This document shows positions 16,303 to 23,773 of a stretch of DNA of 23,773 bases, one piece after another. The first letter of the stretch is position 1, and each line of letters begins with the position of its first letter. The translations under genes were made by a program, and so were the position numbers. The notes beneath the pieces were generated by a model. It saw only the letters and a list, made by a program, of their open reading frames with translations, made no database searches and was not told the origin of the DNA. The DNA is from Candidatus Fraserbacteria bacterium. GTDB lineage: Bacteria > Bipolaricaulota > Bipolaricaulia > RBG-16-55-9 > JANLFV01. The stretch is taken from the NCBI GenBank assembly GCA_037446135.1, contig JBBIJD010000004.1, forward strand, positions 24,778-48,550, given 5' to 3'.

Positions 16303-17406
16303 ATGGCAGATCCCCGAGTCGAGGCCGTCGCGAAGATCTTGGTCGACTATTCGGTCGAGGTCCGGCCGGGCCAACTGGTCCGGATCAACGGGAACCCCGC
16401 GGGCGAGCCGCTCTTGCTCGCGGTCTACCAGCATGTGCTGGAGCGGGGAGCCCATCCCTGGCTCCAGCTCGGCCTGGAGGGGGCGGAGGAGCTATTCTAT
16501 ACCTATGCCAGTGAGGCCCAGCTCGATTATGTCCCGCCATTCATGAAGGAAGTCATCGAGCAGATAGATGCCAGCATCTCCGTCTGGACCGAGGTGAACA
16601 CGAAGAGGCTCACCAATGCCGATCCGGCCAAGCAGGCCCGTCGGGCAGCGGCGATGCGCCCCCTCTCCGAAAGGTTCCTCGAGCGGGCGGCGAAGAAGGA
16701 GCTCCGCTGGACCGGGACGGTCTATCCTACCCAGGCCTTCGCCCAGGACGCGGAGATGTCGCTCCGGGAGTTCGAGGACTTTGTCTATAAGGCCTGTCTG
16801 GTCCATGAGCCCGACCCGATCAAGGCCTGGCAGGCCATCTCCAAGGAGCAACAGCGGCTGGTCGACTGGCTGAACAAGGCCAGGGAGGTCCATGTCCTCG
16901 GACCGGACACCGACCTCAGGCTCGAGGTCACAGGCCGGAGGTGGGAGAACTGCGACGGGCATGAGAACTTCCCCGACGGGGAGATCTTCACCGGCCCGAT
17001 CGAGGAGAGCGTGAACGGCCAGATCCGCTTCAGCTACCCTGCCTGCCTCTTTGGCCGGGAGGTCGAGGATGTCCAGCTCACCTTCAAGGACGGGAAGGTC
17101 GCCAAAGCCAAAGCCGCTAAGAATGAGCAATTCCTGCTGAAGATGCTCGAGACCGATGAGGGGGCCCGCTATCTCGGGGAGTTCGCCTTCGGGACCAATC
17201 CGGGGATCCAGCGATTCACTAAAAATACCCTCTTCGATGAGAAGATCGGGGGGACGATCCACCTGGCCCTGGGGAAGGGGTATCCCGAGACGGGGAGCAA
17301 GAACAGCTCCGCGATCCATTGGGATATGGTCTGCGACCTCCGCCGGGGCGGGGAGGTCCGGATCGACGGGACCCTCTTCCTCAAGGACGGGAAGATCCTC
17401 GTCTAG
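16303..17406 (+). CDS. Aminopeptidase, peptidase family M29 (AmpS/AmpT-like)
   Basis: NFPDGEIFTGP, GARYLGEFAFG, NTLFDEKIGGTIHLALG, SAIHWDMV. Confidence 0.93.
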   Translation: MADPRVEAVAKILVDYSVEVRPGQLVRINGNPAGEPLLLAVYQHVLERGAHPWLQLGLEGAEELFYTYASEAQLDYVPPFMKEVIEQIDASISVWTEVNTKRLTNADPAKQARRAAAMRPLSERFLERAAKKELRWTGTVYPTQAFAQDAEMSLREFEDFVYKACLVHEPDPIKAWQAISKEQQRLVDWLNKAREVHVLGPDTDLRLEVTGRRWENCDGHENFPDGEIFTGPIEESVNGQIRFSYPACLFGREVEDVQLTFKDGKVAKAKAAKNEQFLLKMLETDEGARYLGEFAFGTNPGIQRFTKNTLFDEKIGGTIHLALGKGYPETGSKNSSAIHWDMVCDLRRGGEVRIDGTLFLKDGKILV

Positions 17407-17410
17407 CTAG

Positions 17411-18223
17411 ATGGACACCGGACTGAAAGACAAGGTCGTCCTCATCACCGGGGCCTCCGGAGGGATCGGCCAAGCGACAGCGAGGGCCTTCGCCGAGGAG
17501 GGGGCCAAGCTCGTCCTTCACGGCCATTCAAGGCCGGCCGAACTGGAGAGGCTCCAGAAGGAGTTGCCGGTCGAGTCGATCATCGTCTTGGCCGACCTCA
17601 CTCAAGAGACCGAGGTCGAGCGGCTCTTCCAGGAGGCTTACCACCATTTCGGGCGGGTCGAGGTGCTTGTAGCGAATGCCGGGATCTGGCCGGAGGAGGC
17701 GAGGCCTCTTTCTGAGATGAGCCTCGAGCGGTGGGAGAGGACGATCGCCGTGGATCAGACCTCGGTCTTCCTCTGCGCCCGGGAGTTCTTCCGGCTTCTA
17801 GAGAGGACCAGGCCCGAGACAGCTTCGCTCGTTATAGTCGGCTCGACCGCCGCGGTCTTCGGCGAGGAGGGGCACGCCGACTACGCCGCGGCCAAGGCCG
17901 CGATCACCTTCGGCCTGACGAGATCGTTGAAGAACGAGCTTGTTAGGCTCGTCCCCCGCGGGAGGGTCAATGCCGTCTGCCCCGGCTGGACCCTCACAAG
18001 GATGGCTCGGGGGGCTTTGCGCGACCCTAAGGCCGTGGTCCGTGCCCTCCAGACCAGAGCCTTGAAGAGGATCGCCCGCCCGGAGGAGGTGGCCCAAGCG
18101 ATCGTCTTCTTGGCCTCGGATAAGCTCGCAGGCCACATCACCGGGGAGATCCTCACCGTCTCCGGGGGGATGGAAGGGAGGGTCCTCCACCTCCCTGAGG
18201 AGATCGATCCGGCTCAAGCCTGA
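17411..18223 (+). CDS. SDR family oxidoreductase
   Basis: ITGASGGIG, ANAG, YAAAK, RVNAVCPGW, ITGEILTVSGG. Confidence 0.92.
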   Translation: MDTGLKDKVVLITGASGGIGQATARAFAEEGAKLVLHGHSRPAELERLQKELPVESIIVLADLTQETEVERLFQEAYHHFGRVEVLVANAGIWPEEARPLSEMSLERWERTIAVDQTSVFLCAREFFRLLERTRPETASLVIVGSTAAVFGEEGHADYAAAKAAITFGLTRSLKNELVRLVPRGRVNAVCPGWTLTRMARGALRDPKAVVRALQTRALKRIARPEEVAQAIVFLASDKLAGHITGEILTVSGGMEGRVLHLPEEIDPAQA

Positions 18224-18998
18224 TCCCGACCAGCTCAGCTAAGCTCGCCGCGGTCCAGGTGGGGCGGACCGCGCTCTTTCCCAGGTCTTCTTGAGAAGTG
18301 ACGCCGGTCAGGACGAGGACCGAGTCGATCCCCAGCCGGGCTGCCCCGAGGATGTCTGTCTCTAGCCGGTCGCCGATGAGGAGGCATTTCTTGGGATCGT
18401 CGACCCCGGCGGCCTCCAGGGCAACCCGGAAGGCGACCTCCGCGGGCTTTCCCACCACCTCTTCGGGAGGGAAGCCCATCCCCCGGATCGCGCCGACGAC
18501 CGCGCCCGCGCCGGGGACCTCTCCCTCAGGTGTGGGATAGGTCGGATCGGCGTTGGTCGCGAGGAACCGCGCCGCGCGACGGAGGGCCCTTAGGGCCTGA
18601 GCGAGCTTCTCATAAGTCAATGCCCGGTCCATCCCCACCGCCAGAAACCTCGCCTCCTCCGGCCCTGTCAAGCGATGGCCGGCGAGCTCAAGCTCCTCCC
18701 GTAGCCCCTCCTCGCCGATGACGAAGACCGGGGAGGGGCCGGCCAGCTCCAGGAGCCTCCGCGCGAGGATGTAAGCGCTATTCACGATCTCCTCCGGGCT
18801 GACCTCGAACCCCAGCCCCTGGAGCCGCTCAGCGAACTCCTTTCGTGAGCGGGTTGAGTTATTGGAGAGGACGATCACTCTCCCCAACCCCTTCAGCCTT
18901 CGGAGGGCCTCCGCCGCGCCGGGGAGGGGCTCGCCCCCGCGGACGAGGACCCCATCCAAGTCGATGAGGAAAGCCTGATATTTCTCGAGCCCGGCCAT
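18153..18998 (-). CDS. HAD-IIA hydrolase (NagD-like phosphatase)
   Basis: DLDGVL, LSNNS, ATNAD, VVGKP, IGDRLETDI, VLTGV. Confidence 0.92.
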   Translation of the reverse strand: MAGLEKYQAFLIDLDGVLVRGGEPLPGAAEALRRLKGLGRVIVLSNNSTRSRKEFAERLQGLGFEVSPEEIVNSAYILARRLLELAGPSPVFVIGEEGLREELELAGHRLTGPEEARFLAVGMDRALTYEKLAQALRALRRAARFLATNADPTYPTPEGEVPGAGAVVGAIRGMGFPPEEVVGKPAEVAFRVALEAAGVDDPKKCLLIGDRLETDILGAARLGIDSVLVLTGVTSQEDLGKSAVRPTWTAASLAELVGIRLEPDRSPQGGGGPSLPSPRRR

Positions 18999-19096
18999 AG
19001 TCTAGTCGGGCTCGATCTTAGCCCTCGTGCCTGCCAGGCTACAAGCCCGCCCGAGCCCCGCTTGGTCCGCGGCGAGGAGGCAGGCTAAAATGGGGC

Positions 19097-20203
19097 GTGT
19101 CTCGGCTCTTGCTTCGACCGCTCTTCTGGCTCGAGCCCGAGCGGGCCCACCGGCTTGCCCTCGCGTCCTTGGAGTGGCTCGGTCGGCACCCCAGGCTTCA
19201 GCGAGCCGTGCACGGCCTGTTAAGCTATGAGGACCCTCGACTGGAGCAGGAGGTCTTCGGCCTGAGGTTCAAGAACCCGGTGGGCCTTGCCGCGGGGTTC
19301 GATAAGGACGGCCGGGCCGTCACGGGCCTTGCGGCCTTGGGCTTCGGCTTCCTCGAGATCGGCTCGGTGAGCGCCCGCCCCTCGCGGGGGAATCCGAGGC
19401 CGCGGGTCTTCCGCTTGGAGAAAGATCGGGCGATCATCAACCGGATGGGGATCCCCTCGGAGGGGGCCGACCGGGTCGCCGCCCGCCTCGCGGGGCTAAA
19501 GGACCGGCCGGTCCCGCTGGGGCTCAATTTGAACTTCACTACCGGGGCCGCTTTAGGCCGGGAGGAGATCGTCGCGGATTACCTCTACAGCTTCCGCAGG
19601 CTCTACCCTTACGCCGACTACTTCGCGATCAATCTGAGCTGCCCCAACCTCCCGGAGGTCGAGTTCGATCCGACCTCGCCCGAGGATGTCGGGCTCTTGC
19701 TGGCCAGGCTGGCCGAGGAGCGGGCCCGGCTCGGTGGGAAGAAGCCGATCTTGGTGAAGGTCTCGCCGGACTGGAGCGAGGAGGAGTTGGACCGGGTTCT
19801 CGAGGCCTCGCAGGGCCATGTCGAGGGCATTATCGCCGTGAATACCACCACCTCTCGTGAGGGCCTGAAGACCCGCGACCCGCGGCTGACTTCCCAGGAG
19901 GGAGGGCTGAGCGGCCTCCCCCTGCGAGAGAGGGCGACCGAGGTGGTCGCTCACATCCACCGCCGGACTCAGGGGAAGCTCCCAATCATCGGGGTCGGGG
20001 GGATCTTCACGGCAGAGGCTGCCTGGGAGAAGATCTGCGCCGGTGCGAGCCTGATCCAGATCTATACCGGCCTAATCTATGAGGGCCCCGGGCTCGTCAA
20101 GCGGCTCAACCGTGGCTTGGGCCGGCTGCTGGCAGAACACGGCTTCCAGAGCATAGCTGAAGCGATCAGCTCGGAGGCCAGAGTCAGGGCCAAGGCCGCT
20201 TGA
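19097..20203 (+). CDS. pyrD: Quinone-dependent (class 2) dihydroorotate dehydrogenase
   Basis: EPERAHRL, NPVGLAAGFDKDG, GNPRPRVFRL, INRMG, NLSCPN, VKVSPD, GGLSG, IIGVGGI, QIYTGLIYEGP. Confidence 0.95.
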   Translation: MSRLLLRPLFWLEPERAHRLALASLEWLGRHPRLQRAVHGLLSYEDPRLEQEVFGLRFKNPVGLAAGFDKDGRAVTGLAALGFGFLEIGSVSARPSRGNPRPRVFRLEKDRAIINRMGIPSEGADRVAARLAGLKDRPVPLGLNLNFTTGAALGREEIVADYLYSFRRLYPYADYFAINLSCPNLPEVEFDPTSPEDVGLLLARLAEERARLGGKKPILVKVSPDWSEEELDRVLEASQGHVEGIIAVNTTTSREGLKTRDPRLTSQEGGLSGLPLRERATEVVAHIHRRTQGKLPIIGVGGIFTAEAAWEKICAGASLIQIYTGLIYEGPGLVKRLNRGLGRLLAEHGFQSIAEAISSEARVRAKAA

Positions 20204-20212
20204 GGGGGGCCA

Positions 20213-21037
20213 ATGGTGGTCACCATCGCTGAACTGGAGTGCAAGTCCATCCTCACCAGATCCGGGATCCCGGGGATCGACTATGCCCTCAACCCTTATG
20301 TGGGCTGTGAGCACGCCTGCGTCTACTGCTTCGCCGACTTCATGCGGCGGTTCACCGGCCATCGCGAGCCCTGGGGGAGCTTCGTCGATGTGAAGGTCAA
20401 TGCCCCGGAGGTCTTGAGGCGGCAATTGGAGCGGCTTCCACCGGGCCTCATCTCCTTCGGGACGGTGACCGACCCCTATCAGCCGACAGAGGCTCGCTAC
20501 AAGCTCACCCGCGCTTGCCTGGAGGAGTTGCTCAGTCATGGGCAAGGGTTTCCTATCTCGATCTTGACCAAATCGACCCTAATCTTGAGGGATCTCGACT
20601 TATTGAAGGCGCGCGAGGGGCTCGAGGTCGGGTTCACCGTGACCGTGCTCGATGAACGGGTCCGGCGAGCCTTCGAGCCCTTCAGTTCCCCTTCCCGAGC
20701 CCGCCTGGAGGCCTTAAAGAGGCTGGCCGAGGCCGGGGTCCGGACCTGGCTCTTCTTTGGGCCGGTGCTCCCCTATTTCTCAGACTCTTGGGAGCAGATC
20801 GATGCGATGTTCGCCTCCGCCGCGGCGGCAGGGGTCGATTATGTCCTCCTCGATCGGCTCAACCTCTATCCCCGGGTCTGGAGCCGGGTCCAAGGGCTCT
20901 TGCGGGCGGAGTTCCCTCAAGCCCTGCCGGCTTATGAAGATTATCGGCGGAATGGGGCCTCCTGGTGCGCTGAGCTGCGGGAAAAGGCCGAGGAGGCCGC
21001 AAAGCGGCATCGGCTCGCCCTGCGATTCGCCTTCTGA
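20213..21037 (+). CDS. Radical SAM protein, spore-photoproduct-lyase-like (SplB/Rv2578c-related)
   Basis: LNPYVGCEHACVYCFA, TVTDPYQPTE, ILTKS, FEP...RARLEAL. Confidence 0.88.
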   Translation: MVVTIAELECKSILTRSGIPGIDYALNPYVGCEHACVYCFADFMRRFTGHREPWGSFVDVKVNAPEVLRRQLERLPPGLISFGTVTDPYQPTEARYKLTRACLEELLSHGQGFPISILTKSTLILRDLDLLKAREGLEVGFTVTVLDERVRRAFEPFSSPSRARLEALKRLAEAGVRTWLFFGPVLPYFSDSWEQIDAMFASAAAAGVDYVLLDRLNLYPRVWSRVQGLLRAEFPQALPAYEDYRRNGASWCAELREKAEEAAKRHRLALRFAF

Positions 21038-21050
21038 CTGACCGAGCGAG

Positions 21051-21587
21051 ATGGCAAAGCTTAAGATCCGTTACCGGCGCGGGCCCGGGCCTGATCAGGT
21101 CACGGTCTACGAGCAGGAGCTGCTCTACGATGATGGAAAGCTGATCGTCTCCCGCGCTCCATTCCGGCCCTCGGCCTCGCTCCGCGCCCAGGTCCCCGAG
21201 CTCACGGAGCCCGAGTATCGAGTGATCTGGCTGGTAGCCCCCGGAGAGTGGCATGACCTGGGGAAGGTCTATGGCCTCACTGGCAAGCTCGTGGGCTATT
21301 ACTGCGACATCATTTGCCCGATCCGGCGGACCGCCGAGGGGCTGGAGATCGAGGACCTCTTTCTCGATTTGTGGGCCTTCCTCGATGGAAGATACATCGT
21401 CCTGGACGAGGAGGAGTTCGCCGAGGCAAGTAGCCGGGGCTGGCTCGATGGGCCCACCGTCGCCAGGGCCAGAGAGGAGCTTGCCCGGCTGATCGCCGAG
21501 CTCGAATTAGGCCGGTTCCCTCCGGCGGAGGTCGAGGGATTCTCATTTGACCCCCTTCTGAGAGGCAGCTTATCATCCGAGGGATGA
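21051..21587 (+). CDS. DUF402 family protein
   Basis: GKVYGLTGKLVGYYCDIICP, EDLFLDLW, VLDEEEF. Confidence 0.85.
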   Translation: MAKLKIRYRRGPGPDQVTVYEQELLYDDGKLIVSRAPFRPSASLRAQVPELTEPEYRVIWLVAPGEWHDLGKVYGLTGKLVGYYCDIICPIRRTAEGLEIEDLFLDLWAFLDGRYIVLDEEEFAEASSRGWLDGPTVARAREELARLIAELELGRFPPAEVEGFSFDPLLRGSLSSEG

Positions 21588-22684
21588 GGGGCCTTTCCTT
21601 TCAGTGCGCCCTCTGCGGGCGGGCATATCCGCTCGAGACCGCGAGGTGGAATTGCGACTGCGGCGGGCCGTTCGAGCTTGAGGGTGGGCCGGCTTTCTCT
21701 AAGGCCAAGCTCGAGCCGAAGGAGTGGAGCCTCTGGCGGTATCGGGCGATGCTGCCGGTTGAAGAGAGGGTCTCGCTCGGGGAGGGGCTGACCCCGCTGG
21801 TCTGGCTCGAACTCTATGGGCTCGAAGTCTGCCTCAAGCTGGAGTTCCTTATGCCGACCGGCTCATTCAAAGACCGCGGGACGGCCGTGCTGGTGAGCTT
21901 CCTCAAAGAGAGGGGGATAAAGGAGGTCGTGGAGGACAGCTCGGGGAATGCCGCGGCCAGCCTGGCGGCCTACTCCGCTCGGGCCGGGCTCAAGGCCAGG
22001 ATCTTCGTCCCGAGCTATGCCTCCCCGGCGAAGCTCCGGCAGATCGAGCTTTACGGCGCGGAGCTCGTCCCGGTCGCGGGCTCACGGGCCGAGGCCGCAC
22101 GAGCGGCCGAGGCCGCCGCTAAGGCCGGGAGCTACTACGCCAGCCATTACTGGAATCCCTTTGTCTTGGAGGGCTTGAAGACCTTCGCCTACGAATTGAG
22201 CGAACAACTCGATTGGCGTGCGCCGGACAACCTGATCTTCCCCAGCGGGCATGGGACCTTCCTCTTAGGGGCCTATCGTGGCTTCCACGAGCTGGTGAAG
22301 GCCGGTGTGATCATGAGGCTCCCGCGGCTATTTGCGGTCCAGGCCGAGGCCTGTGCCCCTCTCGCCCAGGGCTTCGAGCAGGGGCTCCCCGGGCCAGCGG
22401 AGATTACGCCGGGTGAGACCGTCGCGGAGGGAATCCGGATCGCCCGACCAGTCCGTGGCCTGCAGGTCTTGCGAGCGATCCGCGAAACCGGCGGCAAGGC
22501 TGTAACCGTCAGCGATGCAGAGACCTTAGCGGCCCAGCGGGAGCTGGCCCGGCTGGGCCTCTTCGTCGAGCCGACCTCGGCGGTCGCCGTCGCCGGCTTG
22601 AAGAGGCTAATCGAGCGAGGGTCGATCAAATCAGGCGAGCTGACCGTCGTCCCGCTCACCGGGAGTGGGCTGAAGAGCGGATGA
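21584..22684 (+). CDS. thrC: Threonine synthase-like PLP enzyme with N-terminal zinc ribbon
   Basis: CALC..CDC, SLGEGLTPL, PTGSFKDRG, EDSSGNA, EGLKT, VEPTSA, PLTGSGLK. Confidence 0.85.
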   Translation: MRGLSFQCALCGRAYPLETARWNCDCGGPFELEGGPAFSKAKLEPKEWSLWRYRAMLPVEERVSLGEGLTPLVWLELYGLEVCLKLEFLMPTGSFKDRGTAVLVSFLKERGIKEVVEDSSGNAAASLAAYSARAGLKARIFVPSYASPAKLRQIELYGAELVPVAGSRAEAARAAEAAAKAGSYYASHYWNPFVLEGLKTFAYELSEQLDWRAPDNLIFPSGHGTFLLGAYRGFHELVKAGVIMRLPRLFAVQAEACAPLAQGFEQGLPGPAEITPGETVAEGIRIARPVRGLQVLRAIRETGGKAVTVSDAETLAAQRELARLGLFVEPTSAVAVAGLKRLIERGSIKSGELTVVPLTGSGLKSG

Positions 22685-23773
22685 GGATCTTAATTGCGCC
22701 GGGGCCGTTCAAGGGCTCGCTCTCTGCCCCTCAGGCGGCGGAGGCGATCGCTCGGGGCTTGCGGACGGCCCTCCCCAAGGCCGAGCTGGAACTGGAGCTC
22801 CTCCCACTGGCCGACGGCGGGGCCGGGACGGTCGCGGCCCTGGTCGCGGCCACCGGCGGGAGGCTCTTCAGCGCGAGGGTCCGCGGCCCGCTCGGTGAGG
22901 ACGAGAAAGTCGAGGCGAGCTACGGCCTCCTCGGGGACAATGAGACGATAGTTATCGAGATGGCCGCGGCCTCAGGGCTAGGGCTCATCCCTCCAGAGCG
23001 GCGGAACCCCTTGAAGGCCACCACCTACGGCGTGGGCGAGCTGGTCCGGGCCGCGCTCGGCCATTCCCCGAGCCCAAAGCGGATCATCATCGGCTTGGGC
23101 GACTCCGCGACGGTCGACGGCGGGGCCGGGCTGGCTCAGGCCTTAGGGGTCCGGCTCCTCGACCATCAGGGGCGAGAGATTCCCCCGGGGAATGAGGGCT
23201 TAGCGAGGCTCGAGCGGCTTGACCTCTCGGGGCTCGAGCCCCGCCTTAAAGGGGTCGAGGTCCTCGCCGCATGTGATGTCCAGAATCCCCTGCTCGGGCC
23301 TGAGGGTGCGGCCAGGGTCTATGGCCCTCAGAAGGGGGCCACCCCGGAGATGGTCCCCCTCCTCGAGCGGAACCTGGCCCGCTTAGCAGGGGTGATCGCC
23401 CGCGAGCTGGGGAGAGAGGTAGCGGACCTCCCCGGGGCGGGCGCGGCCGGTGGCCTCGGGGCCGGGCTGGCGGCCTTCTTGGGGGCCGAGCTCCGCTCGG
23501 GGATCGAGCTGGTCAAGGAGGTCCTGGGCTTCGAGGCTAAGCTCGCTCGAGCTGATCTTGTGCTCACCGGGGAGGGGCGGGTTGACCGGCAGACCTCTTT
23601 CGGGAAGGCCCCGGTCGGGGTGGCCGCCTCGGCCAAGAGGCTCAAGAGGCCAGTGATCTGCTTCGCCGGTGAGCTCGGCCAGGGGGCGGAAGAGGTCTAT
23701 GCCCGTGGCATCGATGTGCTGGTCCCGATTGTGCCGGGCCCGCTGACGGCAGAGGAGGCGCTGAGCCGGGCGG
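22681..23773 (+). CDS. glxK: Glycerate kinase family (GlxK/GarK), 3'-truncated by the window edge
   Basis: Read from ATG 22681: MRILIAPGPFKGSLSA, PLADGGAGT, IEMAAASGL, TTYGVGEL, SATVDGG, ACDVQNPLLGPEGAARVYGPQKGA, GAGAAGGLG, TGEGRVDRQTSFGKAP. No stop in the window. Confidence 0.9.
   Translation, partial: MRILIAPGPFKGSLSAPQAAEAIARGLRTALPKAELELELLPLADGGAGTVAALVAATGGRLFSARVRGPLGEDEKVEASYGLLGDNETIVIEMAAASGLGLIPPERRNPLKATTYGVGELVRAALGHSPSPKRIIIGLGDSATVDGGAGLAQALGVRLLDHQGREIPPGNEGLARLERLDLSGLEPRLKGVEVLAACDVQNPLLGPEGAARVYGPQKGATPEMVPLLERNLARLAGVIARELGREVADLPGAGAAGGLGAGLAAFLGAELRSGIELVKEVLGFEAKLARADLVLTGEGRVDRQTSFGKAPVGVAASAKRLKRPVICFAGELGQGAEEVYARGIDVLVPIVPGPLTAEEALSRA

Noticed and set aside
18153..18223. 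71-nt convergent overlap of the SDR and HAD genes
   Set aside because: The HAD tail is low-complexity run-on typical of GC-rich genomes; no sign of function.
949..23656. Numerous long antisense or alternate-frame ORFs in the track (e.g. 949..1527, 8166..9077, 16492..17319)
   Set aside because: They shadow well-supported genes, have no recognisable motifs and are expected at this GC content.
1..23773. CRISPR array, tRNA/rRNA genes, transposases or integrases
   Set aside because: None seen by eye; the repeats present are coding DUF11 and CQP repeats.

Overview
GC-rich bacterial window; the protein style suggests Bipolaricaulota/Acetothermia, but that is inference only. The left half (970-11581, minus strand) is a four-gene surface-assembly operon. 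It encodes (1) a ~1,930-aa adhesin-like protein split by one frameshift (IgGFc-binding-like head, 9 DUF11 repeats, dockerin, cohesin, T9SS/FlgD-like C-terminal domain), (2) a 982-aa protein (PKD, prenyltransferase-like alpha/alpha barrel, DUF11, then the same dockerin-cohesin-CTD tail), (3) a stand-alone cohesin lipoprotein and (4) a putative outer-membrane beta-barrel. A sigma70 promoter with a CRP-like site precedes it. This looks like a non-cellulolytic, potentially self-polymerising cohesin-dockerin system and is the main candidate novel system. A degraded HEPN-MNT pair lies downstream. The middle holds mscL with a zinc-ribbon tail, a Cys-rich secreted protein, an unannotated 28-aa Trp-rich ORF and a putative structured ncRNA carrying an anti-Shine-Dalgarno motif. 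The right half is housekeeping: trmY, DUF2007, pcm, ltaE, M29 aminopeptidase, SDR, HAD-IIA, pyrD, radical SAM, DUF402, threonine synthase and a partial glycerate kinase, several apparently on leaderless mRNAs. All domain calls come from motif recognition by eye, not database searches.
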